Source: Lingula anatina
Lineage: Eukaryota; Animalia; Brachiopoda
Reading direction: 5' to 3'
NCBI GenBank assembly: GCA_051362555.1
Contig: CM120643.1
Location: 28,524,848-28,588,847 of the forward strand
DNA length: 64,000 bases
Part shown: piece by piece, positions 13,199-27,079 of the stretch
How positions within the stretch are numbered: position 1 is the stretch's first letter
Layout: each line of letters opens with the position of its first letter
Translations under genes and position numbers: made by a program
The notes under the pieces: model-generated
What the model saw: only the letters and a program-made list of their open reading frames with translations
Databases searched by the model: none
Told to the model about the DNA's origin: nothing

Positions 13199-16100
13199 CT
13201 TCACAAGATGGCCGCCAAATCCAATAGAGAGATATAATAACAATTAATTTTTTTTTTCGTAATACATTTTTTCACTTCTGGTTCACAGTCTGTGTAAAGA
13301 AGAAGTATAAGGCAAGATGATACAATCCACTAACCAGAAATATCACACCAATGCAAATAAACAAGTCAGTACCCAATACTTGCGTTTTTATTCAGCTTCT
13401 TGATGGATTGTTTTTATTAAATCTTACCAGTTGTACGACCAATGAATATTTAAGGTTCCAGTTGATCACTACTAACTCCCCAACCCAGTTGTAGCCAACA
13501 CACAGCATACCGCATTACTGCTATTCGGTGATTCCTGTCCATCAGTGGCAGATAATTCGAAAAATTAACTTCCACCAACTTTCCTCCAAACCTTAACGTG
13601 CCCATCACTTCTGCCAATATTAAACCTGCTCTCATCTGAGAGCAGTATCATTGTTCAGTCGTTGACTGCCTGGTGTCTGCTCGGGATATCTTATAAAACA
13701 TAATCGTTGAAGACGGACCATTCACTGCACGAAAACGCAGCAGATACTTCAGTGCAGTAGTGTAGTGCAATCACACTGCAAGCATGCCACAAATCTGCTT
13801 CGGTTTGAGGTAAGGATGAAGTACAGTATATATTCCCCAGCAGTAGCATTCTGCTGCAACCATGCTTCACAAAATCACAGTAGAAATGAAGCATAATGCT
13901 TCACCGCAGTAGTACAATATTGCATTTCTACTCTGCGTGCAGCAGTTTCGAAGTAGCATGCGTTACGGTAGCAGTCTTCTACTTTAAATATACTTCTTAT
14001 CGAAGTAGAAATTCAGCAGCCTGGTTTGATAACCATTTGTTTGCTTCTTTTCTACTTCTCTGAGTCGATTTCACACCACAATCTACTTTAAAAATGATCA
14101 GCGCGTTTCCGTCTACTTCATATCTACTACGTGGACTTGGTTGTTTTGTTGGCTAACAGGTCACTACTTCAAGTCTACTGCAAAAACATTTCAAAAATGA
14201 TCAGCACGTTTCTGTCTACTTCACTTCAACTATGTGGACTTAATCTGTTAGTGAACAGCTTTTTGAACGCTTGTTTGATTTCCAATGGCTCATTCTGATA
14301 AATTTATCGCGCTCGTTGATATGAAGTTCCAGGGGTAATAGGTAAAAGCTTTGTTAAATACGTTTGTACCAAATAAGAGAATGGTGTCAATAATGTGATA
14401 TTATTAATGTGAGTAACTATATGTCATCCATATTGAGATCAAGCTGCTTAAGCAACCCTGCAGGGAGATTTTAAAAAAGTGCCGTAGGTGTTTTAAACTC
14501 TGTCAGTAAAGGCAACTATTTATTGTGCAAATCCCAAATTTACTAAGTCAATATTTTTGGTATACTGGGTACTACTATTTGCAAATGCTCTGTAAGAATC
14601 GGATAACCGATTTCTTGTTTATTTTTATTAATGTAAACTTAAGCGGCCCATTTGCGTGATCTTTTATGTGAGGAGGTAGGATTGCGAGGAGAATTGATTG
14701 ACACTTCAACAGCGTGGCTGTTTTGTAGTTAGCATTCCGTAGGAACAGACATTTTTTGCGACACTCCTTTGTGCTTTTATGATAGTTCAGACACCACATA
14801 GTATAATAACGTCAAGTTACTTAGATGTTCAGTGATTTTGTAGAGGAAATTCAGCTTTCCAGGATAAAAGGGAATAATTGACATCCACGAAAGCCAGCAA
14901 TGTGAGTTTTTATGATTGCTCTGTTGTACTGTATAAGTTAGTTTAACATTCTTAATGCAGTTTAAAATTGTTTGTAACACTCTGTTTTATTTAAGAAGAC
15001 TTATTTATGTTTGTTTTGTTTTTTGTTTTTTTTGTTTTCGTTTTAGTCAGAACCATTGGACTACAAGTACATGCGTTTCTGATGCTGGTTACTGAAATAA
15101 ACATACAGAATATTAATCAAGACTTTATTGTTTTCACTTAAGATCCGTGGGATCTTACATGCTCGCCTAAAGATTTTATCAAGAGATGAAACATCGGTTC
15201 ATAATACTATTTACGAAACACATGTACTTCTAACAAGGATATAGATTCAAACAGAATGTCCTCGATTATGTACCGCTACAGTGAAATCAGCCCTCTCCTT
15301 GCACACTACATGCGGTCATCATAGTTCTTCTAACGTCACTCCTGCCAAAATAACTGTGGTTGTTCAGGTGTCAACCACCAGAAATCATAGAAACATGGTT
15401 TGCCATTTTTTTACTTTTTGCTCTCAAGTTGCATAATGTCATGAAACGTTCTCTACGAGTAGTGGGTGTGGCCCCATAAGTTTGCCTGAACCAAGCAATC
15501 TTGCCAATATCCCTGTTTGTTAATGACGTTGATTTTTTATGGAAATGTCCAGTATGTTGGTAATTCTGCTGTCCTTAAAAATACCCACTTTATCAGCTGT
15601 ATTGTCAAAATTGTAACCTTCTCACTTATGAGCAACATAATTAAAATATAGATGGCGTTGGGATATTTCAATCATCACGCTCATTTTCACGGTGATCAGT
15701 TGTCTACTCGTTGTAGCAATGTACAGTAATGGAGTAACACGCGTCTTGGCAGGGTACATACAGTACATATGGCAATGTAAATTTAGGATGGAACACCGTT
15801 CTCTAGATAAAGATTCTACATAAAAGAAACCTGAACGAGGTTCTTTGAACAATTGATGCTATTTTTACATATCGAACTACTATGATTACTAACATCTATC
15901 CATTTTTTCCTTTATCATTTTGTCAGTTTAATAAACACATGCATTACAGTTTTGAAAATATACTGATCTAATTTTAAAAAGTACTTTGCATTTAATACGG
16001 AATAACAGACAGCTTGCCTTCACTATCTGGGTCAGAGTTAGAGAGGTCGTAAACAAACACATTTTCCATTAGGCTGACTGGTAGTTTCATATTTTCCGAA

Positions 16101-17157
16101 TGCTTTATGCTGGCGTCCATTATCGTTCATAGCGGTAGGCCTGTATCAATACATAGATGTTAGCAGAAAATATGCAAAAAAACTCCTCATTTACATTTAC
16201 GTTGAAGGTTTGCAAGAAAGATGATGTTTTCTTTCGAATTTGCAGCAAATTTGCAAGGATATAAAGAAAAGATAACTTACAATTTGCAAAAAGCTAGCAA
16301 GTGACAGACTGTTTGAATGGGCGTTTTTAAACAAGCGATTCTACCGGTATTTTAAGGAATCGAACTACTCAATATAACAAACACCTTATCCAAGAGTTAT
16401 CGTTCCACCATCATTTTGACACACTGTAATTTATTAATGCATTGTGGGTTTGATAAAATTATGATCTAGTTTAAAAGGTACTGTATGGAACGCCATTCAC
16501 GCAAAAAATGCAGAAGTCAATTCAACAATCTATCGGCACTATCTAACAACCAAAACCTACTTTAATTATCTAAACTTAATTCTACTAAATTAGTTTTGGT
16601 CATTTTAATCATTTGTCAAAATCTAACAATCAATAAACGATTCAAAAGTCAATTACCGCAACTCAACAATCAGTCACCGCAACTCAACAATCAGTTATCG
16701 CAACTCAACAATCAGTTACAGCAACTCAACAATCAGTTACTGCAAACGGTCATTCGCGGACTTAACACCAGATGGCGCGCGCGCACCGTCAGCGATCTGA
16801 AACGTCCTTGACCTTTTCCATCGTTTTAACAGTATTAAAATACGTGGTGCCTCGATTTGAAACCATTCAGCTTAAATTGTGTTTTTAATCTCCAAATACT
16901 TAAAAAATCAATAAAGCTAATCGACAAGAACCTATTATATCGTATCTTTTATATTAATTATTATTACATATCACAATAATAAACGAGTCGCCTTTTGATG
17001 TACGCCCGGCTATAACCTCTATTAAAAAATATCAATTTTTATGAGATTCGTATTGTTTGGTTCCATTGCCTCGCTTTCAAAAATTAGAACAGGCGCTCCA
17101 AAATCGTAAGACGAAGTTAAAATTTTTATATTGGCCGAGTTCGCCACCGACTAGAAT

Positions 17158-17276
17158 GCCTATACGTCCCCGCATCCGATACTCCCGCGCTTCTTTACAT
17201 CACCGCACCAATACTCCCCCGCACCGATACTCCCCCGCTTCTTTACATCCCCGCATCGATACCCCCCCTCCCCCCC

Positions 17277-17311
<35 letters not shown>

Positions 17312-18640
17312 ACTGATACTCCCGCGTACCAATACTCCGCAAAAACACTACTCCCCAAAGCAAAGATTCCCTGGGCTTTGTAGACACAAATCGTGCTTCA
17401 AAACCCTTTCTATTATGCTATTTTTTTCAAAGTTGCACAACCCTCTTGGGACACATAATTGACACATTTTATTCGAAATATATTGGGGAAAATAAAGGGC
17501 GTTACTCGAAGTCGATCTCAGACTTTGCGTGCAGTTTAACAGTCCGTAGGCCTACAGCTATGCCTTGTAAATTTGAGAAATAAATGTGAGGGCGTGCGCC
17601 GTACTCAACACGCAAAGGGCACTTTCTCTTTCATTGCTTGCGACGTGCATCTTGGACCACGCAAGTCTCACTTGCAAACTCCTCGCAAACTCCTTGCGAA
17701 GGGAGCAAGTTACGCTTGCGGCCTCGCTGTTTAAATATTATTTAAACAGCGAGGCCGCAAGCGTAACTTGAGATTATTTGTAGAATAAAGCGTAACTAAG
17801 ATTATTTGTAGAATCTATTGGAAATGTTTAGTATCCTCCGTACGTGCTTACATACGTGCGAACTCGAAATTTCGCATAAAGAACTTGCGTGGCACGTGAG
17901 ATTCTCCGCAAAATTTGGACTCAAACGGGTCGTAAGAGCCCGTGCGGCCGGTTGTGACCGAGACTAATGTGTTGTCGCCCAAGATTTTTTAGGAACTTTG
18001 CGGCTTCTTTTGTACAATACCGATGCTCAATTGTAAGCAATTAAGATTTGTATGCACTGCGCAATAGCATAAAAACAACATCACCAAGGATCTCCCTGTG
18101 GCCATTTTTTTTCACTTATCTCACCAATATCCAAAGCGTTTTTCCATTTGAAAAAAGTATTTCTTATACAATGTAGGCCGTGCTTCCGAGTCGTTGACCA
18201 ATTTTTCAAATCTATGTGTGAAAAAAATCGATGCAAGGTGACAGACTCTCCCATGATAGACAGTCCGGTTCCCATCAATTTGCATAGGTAATTCAGCCCC
18301 GCCCTAGATTTTGACCCACTTACGTCGATTGACCCTAACCTGTAGCCTATAATTAAATGGATGGATGACTCTCCGTTACCCAGACCCTCAGTTTCGTGGA
18401 AATTGCATAGGGGGAGTAATAATGCGGGGAGTATCGTTGCGGGGGAGTAACGGTGCGCGTATAGGCCTAACGGCAATTCTAGAGGGGATTTATCGATGCG
18501 GGGATCTATCGGTGTGAGGTCGTATCGACGTGCATAATGCAAAAAATTACTAGGGGGAAGTATCGGTGCGGGGGAGTATTAGTACGGGGGAGTTACGATG
18601 CGGGGGAGTATTGGTGCGGGGGAGTATCGGCATGACCCCC
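17158..18640. mobile_element. Nested TIR element with CCGATACTCCCCCGCA subterminal repeats
   Basis: Repeats face inward at 17170-17345 and 18410-18635. The right end reads ...GGAGTATCGGCATGACCCC. CTAGAAT occurs on both flanks (possible TSD). The left end is degraded. Confidence 0.6.
17706..17770. repeat. Perfect 65-bp palindrome (32-bp arms, 1-nt centre)
   Basis: CAAGTTACGCTTGCGGCCTCGCTGTTTAAATA-T-TATTTAAACAGCGAGGCCGCAAGCGTAACTTG. Confidence 0.95.
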
Positions 18641-20794
18641 TAGAATATCCTCACAGCATTATCTGCAATTTTTAATGTATTTTGCAATATAATTTTCATT
18701 CCTCCCGATGGATAATTTTATTAATCAAGAGTGGGGGAGGGGTGGAAAATCCCCTTGGTGCCACATATAACACTATAAATGCGAAAGGAATTACCCTATT
18801 TGTGAAGAGAAAATAAATGTATTTGTTTATTTCAAACAGCGTACTTTTCGCGCATGCGCAGTAGTTTGAGACCTGTGCTATTCCGCATATTATTCGAGTA
18901 GGAACTACATGTGGTTCATTGCCATATCTAATTTCAGTATGATGTGATTGAACGCAATCCTACTATTATATACTTAACTATATCATGACAATACGAACAC
19001 GATGAACCACATGTACTCCCATAATATGCGGAATTGAAAACATGGAAAAGGTCAAGGACGTTTCAGATCGCTGACGGTGCGCGCGCGCCATCTGGTGTTA
19101 AGTCCGCGAATGACCGTTTGCGACAACTGATTGTTGAGTTACGGCAACTGATATGTTGAGTTGACGTCTGCATTTTTTGCGTGAATGGCGCACCATGCAT
19201 TCGCGACATTCACGCAAAAAATGCATTGTTGAGTTGCGGTAACTGACTTTTGAATCGTTTATTGACTGTTAGATTTTGACGAATGATTAAAATGACCAAA
19301 ACTAATTTAGTAGAATTAAGTTTAGATAGTTAAAGAAGGTTTTGGTTAAATAGTGCCGGTAGATTGTTGATTTGACGTCTGTATTTTTTGCGTGAATGGC
19401 GCACCATGCTTTCACGCCATTCACGCAAAAATACATTGATACATTGTTGAGTTGCGGTGACTGATTGTTGAGTTGCGGTGACTGATTGTTGAGTTGCAGT
19501 AACTGATTGTTGATTTGCGGTGACTGATTGTTGAGTTGTGGTGACTGATTGTTGAGTTGCAGTAACTGACTTTTGAATCGTTATTATTGATTGTTAGATT
19601 TTGATGAATGATTAAAATGACCACAACTAATTTAGCAGAATTAAGTTTAGATAGTTAAAGTAGGTTTTGGCTGTTAAATAGTGCCGATAGATTGTTGAAT
19701 TGACGTCTGCATTTTTTGCGTGAATGGCGCTCCATAGTACTGTATATATATTACAAAATAACAGACTGCTTGCCTTCACTGCCTGGGTCAGAGATAGAGA
19801 GATGGTAAACAAACGCATTTCCATTTGTCTTACTGGTAGTTTCATATTTTCCTAACTATTATACTGGTATCAATTGCCATTTCAAATGGATATATCATTA
19901 CACATTTGATCTATAAATCTTCAAAAATTTAAAAAAAACTATATCATAAAGGCTCAGGAGACGTATTCTGTAATGTTAGTTTTGAATAGCAATTTGATAA
20001 TATGATGACAGTAGAAGAAGTATTGTGTATCAAGCACAGAATAACAGACAGCTTGCCTTCAATGTCAGAATCAATGTTAGAGAGGTTGTATACAAATTAA
20101 ATTTCCATTAGTCTTACTGGATGTTTCATATTTTCCTAAGCGTTATACTGGTATCCATTACCATTTCAATTGGTAGGGCTATATCAATGTACAGTTTGTA
20201 TAGGTAAATTGGTCGATGGTGCCCCAAATATGCTGAAAATACATAAAAATACTCAGAAGACGTAGTCTGTATGTCAATTCCCGATATTAATTCAACACTC
20301 CTCATCTAAGCAACTTATATACTCACATGGGGATTTCAGATAAGGACATCTAGACTAACACCTTGTCGTTCAGGAGGAACTTAAAATGCACATAGTCAGT
20401 TATTCCCATAAACACATTAGAGGATAGTGGTCATATGTTTTAACTTCATTTCTTCACAATATTAAAGCTAAATATGTCTGACAAAGTTTTCGGTCACATC
20501 CTCACCACCTTCGGTGTATGCTTTTACAAAGTATAAAGTTTCAGTGCTGGGTAAAACATGGAATATTTTACTTTATGTTCTATACAACTAGGCAGCAAGG
20601 ATGGCTTTCCATCAGAATATCGGGGATCGTGATAGAAAAGAGGGGACTGATACCCAGGTGACGTGGTCAAATGGTCAATGATGTTAAAACTTCAGATTTG
20701 CAGATATGTTCATGAAGACAAATTAATTGTTGATGTTTCACGAGGAGAGTAATGGGGGTATCAATAAACGGGAATATTCAGATGAGAACGACAG

Positions 20795-20918
20795 TCACTG
20801 GTTGGTTTGTCGTCTGCCACGTGTGTCACCACAGACGGCGAGACACGCACTGGCAGTATATCGAGTAAAATAGATTTGCTGACAAGTTTCACTCCGATCA
20901 GACTGCAGTGTAAACGAG
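20795..20918 (+). promoter_or_regulatory. Putative core promoter and short non-coding exon 1 of gene 2
   Basis: TATA-like TATATC at 20857, Inr-like TCACT at about 20889-20893, donor AAACGAG|GTAAG at 20918/20919. The same layout is conserved at 50340 and 62613. Confidence 0.6.
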
Positions 20919-22556
20919 GTAAGATTTATCTTGATGGTAATTAATTTCATCATAACGAGACTCACTTTTAATTTATGGTGAAGATGATACCTGCTGTGTT
21001 ATATGTATTACTGTGTATATATTATATGTATTACCTGCTGTACAAATCTTGACTTGTAACCACGCTCGGCTGTCACCTTGATTGGATAGTATTGTCGTAA
21101 AATCGTTATACGATTTTAAAACCGGGTGCATAAATTTGAAAACCACCTAGAACAACCTAAGACTGCCACATTAATCTAATTAATCTAATCAATGCACAAA
21201 AGAAGCATTCATAAGCATTCAGAAGCATTCATGTGAAACAAGATTCCAGAAATTTAAAGATAATAATCGAAATAAAATAGTGCCAGGGCCTACACTTGGC
21301 ATGCTTACCGTTAATACTGCAGGCTACTTCATCCCATCGCTCGTTTGTAATTCCCGTGCATGGCATACGCTCAATCAAATCGTAAACCCAAACTCCAACC
21401 TTGACGTTTAAGTCGGTCTCCTCTACCCTCCAATTTTGTAAGTGACGTAACAGCAGAGGTCGCATTACAAATACCTGTCCAATGGCATGGCTTCTTTTTC
21501 GTAAGCCCGGTGTAATGCGAGGGCGAGGGTAGAGGAGGGATTTTAGAAATCAGGGATTTTAGAAATCAGGTTGGTTGTGTAGTACCTGTAACAACGAGTG
21601 GGGAAAGGGACACAATGCGTTGATTATAAATTTACAAATTTTGGCAAGATATCAAAGATTGAGAGTAGGATAACGATTTTTGATTTAAGTATCAGCATAA
21701 GCAACTGTGGGAGATGGGAGGCACTACATGTACTGTGGATAAACCCCTTGGCCAGCAGTAATATATATAAAATGTGTCGCTAGATCTTATAAACACTCAG
21801 CGAAATACACCTAGTGACTTTATTCAATGTGCCGTCACTTAATTGCTTTCTCGATTTCATTAATTGACGATAGTAATTGCAGTAAACAAGGAAGAGGAAA
21901 TTCTGAAGACAAAACAACGTCAGGTCTTTGTGTGACTTTCTCCCTAAACACTTTTTATGTTGCTGTCAAAGAAAAAGGAGCCGAGATAGCGATCGCTATT
22001 GCAGGTAGACTTCCTCGTTTATCATTTAAATGCTCCCCTCCCCCAGCAGACCCAACTTGAGGAATGTCATAGTAGCTATAGTACATTGTATATCAGATCT
22101 TGGTTCAAGTTATGAAAGGTTTAAGCACAAAACGATAATTTGAGGCTATTTTTTCATTCAAGACAAAATTAAGTATCTATGGTGTGTGACAATAGGGACT
22201 TTACAAAGCTTAATTTGTCCTTAAATATATATTCCAGTAGCATATGAATTTAGGCGAGCGACGTAATTGTAACCTCAACCTGAGGTATCCCCGATGAAAC
22301 CACCAAGATGAACACTGAAAAGCGGAGTACAAAGATTAACTTTTTTAAATATCGATTACAACATGCTGTACAATGACAATGAGTCCTAAAATGGTTAATG
22401 GACTTCTTTGTCTTAAAAGCAATTCATTTCGAAATTAAAAGAAACAGTTTTCTTCGGGGAGCGTGGGTAGACAGTTTACGTCAGGTGATTCGTTAAAGCC
22501 GAGGAGTGTTTCACTATCAAATGTGTAAATCATGTGTCATAAAAACACTATAAGAA

Positions 22557-22611
<55 letters not shown>

Positions 22612-24534
22612 TTACAATCTGCAACATTTGTTCATTTATATAGCAGGGCGAAGTTAACGCCAGAGGTAAATAGTAACTAATACCGTAATCCTTCTCGTCC
22701 ATTTATTTAAATCGTATCAAAACATTTGATACACAATGTTCATTAATGTCATAATTTTGGCGATTTATTGAAACCATATTTGTACAGAGTAGGTAAGCAT
22801 AAGTTAAGCAACAGCCAGTATGAATAACAACTCCCTTTTTAAATGAGGCAAGACAACCTCTTCACACTGATTATAACCTTGAGAAAGACATTATGCAACA
22901 AGGCAAAGGAGTTATGCAAAGTTCTTTCAACTTGTGTGTGAATACAACACATTCTTTGTAGCTTTTACAAACAATGGGGGCGAGCAAGCGGAGTAATTAC
23001 AATATACAATAAAAAGGAAATTAGTTTAGAAAGCTTACTTTGGGTCAGTCCTTTGCTTGTTCGAAGGAAAGAGATAGATATCGCGCCGCTCCTCCCTTTA
23101 TTAAACCTTCGTGTGTTTGTGTAAAAGTGTGAAAGACAGGCAACGGTCTTGAGTCGCTGTTGATATTGTTCGCGATTAATATTGAAGTATACCTCCTTCG
23201 CCTGCATGTAAACGTGTTACTTTTCCTCATGTGCACTATATTTCTTTTAGGTGGTTGAGACAAGGCGATGAGATCGATAAAAGTAGAGTTAATCTAAACA
23301 ATTAGATGCGATTTTTGTGAAATGACTTAAGTGATGTGCATGTACCTAGCATGTTTAAATTCTTGAATTTCTAATTTGTAAAGTCTTTCATACACGGCTT
23401 CATATTTGTATTACTGTCAGGCCATACTCTTTGATATTATTGTGTAACACGGGACTCCTGGAAATCTGAAGCACAGGGGATTGTGAAAGTTAATTCGCTA
23501 CGGAGTCTTGTTATCCTTCATGCAGTTTTATAGCTGGGATGAACACTGCGAAGTAGAAACAGGCTTTACTTAGCTTTACTTAATATACGACAGTTTAAAC
23601 AAAACCAGTCTGCAAGGCTTGCTTTGATTTGGCGTTAACCTGACACTGGTTTTAAAAGAACAAATATAAATATGTTGGATGGATTAAATCACTGACTTCG
23701 TTATAATTTAACTAAATGTGTTCATTTACACAGTAACACAGATAATATTTATAAGTTATATGTCGTTCAGCACGCATTATAGGCGAGTAGCCAAACAGTG
23801 ACGATGATCACAGTAATTGTATAAGCATGGTTTAAGCTTGTTCGAGAGATAATATCAGTCACGTTTAACAATAGATAGCGAGCTATAGTAAGACTCCCTC
23901 CTCTTTAACTGATGATTTACACTGTCAATTGACCGTACTTTTATACATTGTATGATCACACAGTCAGACTTCCCCCGGTTGCACGTTGGAGTTGGATTGT
24001 CCTTGCGCCTCTGTCAATGCACCTCATTTAATTTCAATATTATAATATAAGTATAGTATAAGTAATATATTATTTCCTTATTCCTCATTCATTATCATTC
24101 ATGTTTTATAAATACTTGAATGCAGTACGTTTATAAATAAATTATAAATTTATAAATTAATGCAATAAGAATTTTTTGAGACAGATTGATGCTGACGCTC
24201 ATGCATGTCAATCAAACAAACAATACTTCAATTTTTGACTGCGGAAATTTCATATTGGATGAAATAACTGATAACAAATTTAACTAGCAGTTTGTAAGCA
24301 ACATTAAAAACATAATCAGCTGCGCGTGCCAAACTAGTGAACAAAAGGACCGTTCGCTACGCGTGGCACGCGTTAGCATGGGTTCTAGCCTCTTAAAGCT
24401 ATAATCCTATCGCCGCAACAAACAATGGGGACCTTCTGGCTGATGCATCCTGCTGTTAATTACACCTAGTTACAGCGGATTGTCTTGTCGCGCTGGACCA
24501 CAGAAATCGGCGTCATGGGGTTCACTTGTCTTAA

Positions 24535-26908
24535 GGCCGGTGATAGGGTTAAATACGCTTAAAATCATGTTTTTGAGTTTTTTGTGTGTTTAATCAAAAA
24601 AGTATCTAACGTTGGATGTAATAATTTTTATGAATTTGCATCGCAAAATGTGTCTTTGATGAGTTTTTCAACCGGCACGCGCCCCAGTCAGGCTGACAAC
24701 TAAGCCACGCCTCTGTTACTAAGGGCCGTTGCCATGAGGGGGTCGGAGCACAGTTAATGAGTTATAAGCCAATTACTTGTGCGGTAATAGGTCATAAGTC
24801 TTACATCAGCTTAGCAGCGAAGAAGTCTAGCTAGCACACTATGGGGAGGAGAAAAGTTCGTGTTAAAAGTCCATTTCCTGAGGAAAGAAAGAAAATTTTG
24901 AAAGAGAGTAGGGCCTATGCGTGGAGGTTGGGGAAAACCGGTCCTATTTGTTCAGACGGATGACTGATTTCTGAATACCCAATAAATGGGCAAAAGAGTT
25001 AATCGCCTAAATTAATTGACAAATGACAGAAAAATCGATAAATAAAAAAAAAACGCTACAAAGGATACTTTTAACCTAGCTAATTTTTGCAATATATATC
25101 GGCGAGCGTATCTGCGACACGTTACGAAACCGGAAATGATTGTTGGTCGCCGTTTGCAAAAGGTAAATCTAATGTTGACAAAATAAAATTTTATTCTCCA
25201 AGATATGATATCATGGAGCTTGAGAGACACGCGAAAAATTGTGATGTGAATGGCCAAACGAGAGAAATCCAAGCAAGGGTTGACAGCATGATTAAAACAA
25301 TAAAAATAAGAACGCATGTTAGCGGCTTTGCATTTTGCGATGTTTGGAGAAAAACAATTTCAAAATCACTGATCAAACGGGAAGAAAGAGTTCAAAATGT
25401 ATCCAAAAATGAAAATCACAAAAAGACCCCGAGAATAGTCAAGACTAGCAGGTAAAAAGCAAATAGGGTCTAAGGCTTCGTTCACATGCAATGTCTATTT
25501 TCTAAATTCCATTTTCTATTCGCGCTATCTTATGATCACGGTCTGTGCCCCGAATATCCTGCCGCGTAATTACCGGCAGCGCGAGCCAGTTACTTATAGT
25601 AACTTATAGTAACTGGCTCGCGCTGCCAGTAATTACGCCGAGGGATATTCAGGGCACAGACGGTGATCACAACACATGCCGCGAATAGAAAATAGAATTT
25701 AGAAAATAGACATTGCATGTGAACGAAGCCTAAGTGTCATGTGTGTAAAAATAAAATATTTATTCAAAAGCCTTCTCTCAGCCACTTTTATCGCTGATTC
25801 TTGTGCAGCTGAGCGTCTCCCCTTTATCTTAGCTGGCATTTTGAGAAATACCGCTATGAAGTAATCACTGTTTTTTTCCGTTGATCTGACGATTACCAAG
25901 TGTCGTGCAAAATAATCCCGAGCGTTACCCGTCAAAAAACTCGTATTAACACAAGTGACGGACACTTGCTCTCGACACTTGCTTGTGATCACTTTGCCGA
26001 TAACAAAAAGGAATCTCTCAGGTAAAATAACTCGATTGCCTAGGAAGAGCCATTGAAACGTTCAAATGCAACTTCACGTCTCTTAATTGCGGTTAAACGT
26101 AATCGCCTTTGTTAGCGCTTCCTTCTACATATCCTTGACACCCTACGGGGCATCACTAGGCAAGGGCCCTCTCCAGAGCTGTCAATCAAAATGGCGGCAC
26201 GCTTACATGCCTAACGAGTGGTCGGAAAATGTAACAAAAGCACGATTTTCTGCCCCTTCAAAGCACCCAAACAAAATATTTTTAGATGAAAATAAGCAAT
26301 GGTTCCATCTGATCGTATAACCGATAACAGGTAAATTTGCCAGCTAAGCATTTGACTAATAAGCCCTGTTAACCAACCTGTGAACGTTTTTGGCTGTTTT
26401 AACAGCTTTCTATATTGACGAGATAAGTGAATCGCTGCCAAGTATATCTCACTAATGAGCAACCGATCGTTACAAAAGTTGCAACCATTGTTGTTAGGAA
26501 TGTGGACTACAGCATGATATCAGGGGTTTAAGAGGAAATTGTTTGTTTGAAAGTTATCGCCTTTTGAAGTGAATAACCCATTGAAATATGGGCTGATTTA
26601 ACGTAAAAGATGATAAAATCAAAAGTAAATAGTTTAAGACAATTCCCTGGTACCCCGCTGTAGTGCTTTCACCCAGCTTTATGAGGCCTTTTAAATCACT
26701 TGAATAGCTGTCTTGGTTATAGAGAAAATCCCAATACCGAAAACGGCATTTTTCCCCTCAAGTTGGCGCCAGAGCGTCATCCGTTGGACACTGTACTTAA
26801 TCCCCGTCTTTAATTGGCCTTTTGGGAAGTTTGTTTTAATTTTTTATAAAAAACTTATAAGCCCAGGGCTTTGTTTCTATGACTTTGGTCCTTTTACTAT
26901 CAGTCACC
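24535..26908. mobile_element. Non-autonomous DNA transposon at a TTAA site, Kolobok-like (GG...CC termini)
   Basis: TTAA at 24531-24534 and 26909-26912. Imperfect TIRs GGCCGGTGATAG / CTATCAGTCACC. The flanks join continuously in the inverted paralog at about 4385-4410 (empty site). Confidence 0.75.
25474..25730. mobile_element. PIF/Harbinger-type palindromic MITE nested in the TTAA element
   Basis: TIR GGCTTCGTTCACATGCAATGTCTATTTTCTAAATT / AATTTAGAAAATAGACATTGCATGTGAACGAAGCC, 3-bp TAA TSD, palindromic along almost its whole length. Confidence 0.88.
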
Positions 26909-27079
26909 TTAAGTATTGTGCTATTCCACCTAAGCTATTGTGTTTGTGCGTTCGAATTTTGAAGGGATTTATACGGCCCTCCATTGCTTGTCCGCCCCCT
27001 TCTATTCACCAGATAGGGATTAAAACATTTCGAACGTTGTTAAACCGGTGTACAACGGAAACAAAATTATTACTACCAC

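Larger units (their letters stand above)
16484..19736. mobile_element. Non-autonomous TIR DNA transposon, IS3EU-like (TATGG...CCATA termini, 6-bp TSD)
   Basis: TSD GTACTG at 16478-16483 and 19737-19742, single in the paralogous empty site at about 43276. TIRs of about 340 bp begin TATGGA(A/G)CGCCATTCACGCAAAAAATGCAGA and contain 21-bp repeats CAACTCAACAATCAGTYACCG. No transposase ORF. Confidence 0.8.
10470..20720 (+). repeat. Segmental duplication, copy 1 (paralogous to about 40030-44250)
   Basis: Colinear matches: 10910-11860 with 40465-41420; 13190-14498 with 41415-42685; 15900-16483 with 42695-43281; 19737-20720 with 43276-44250. The copies differ mainly by insertions in copy 1. Confidence 0.92.

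Noticed and set aside
16596-16811. QLNNQ-repeat ORF (and the 19421-19624 NSTISH ORF)
   Set aside because: Translations of the 21-bp subterminal repeats of the transposon TIRs.
17057-17387. Poly-Pro / poly-Gly ORFs
   Set aside because: Caused by a poly-C run within a TE. Homopolymer length may also be a sequencing artefact.
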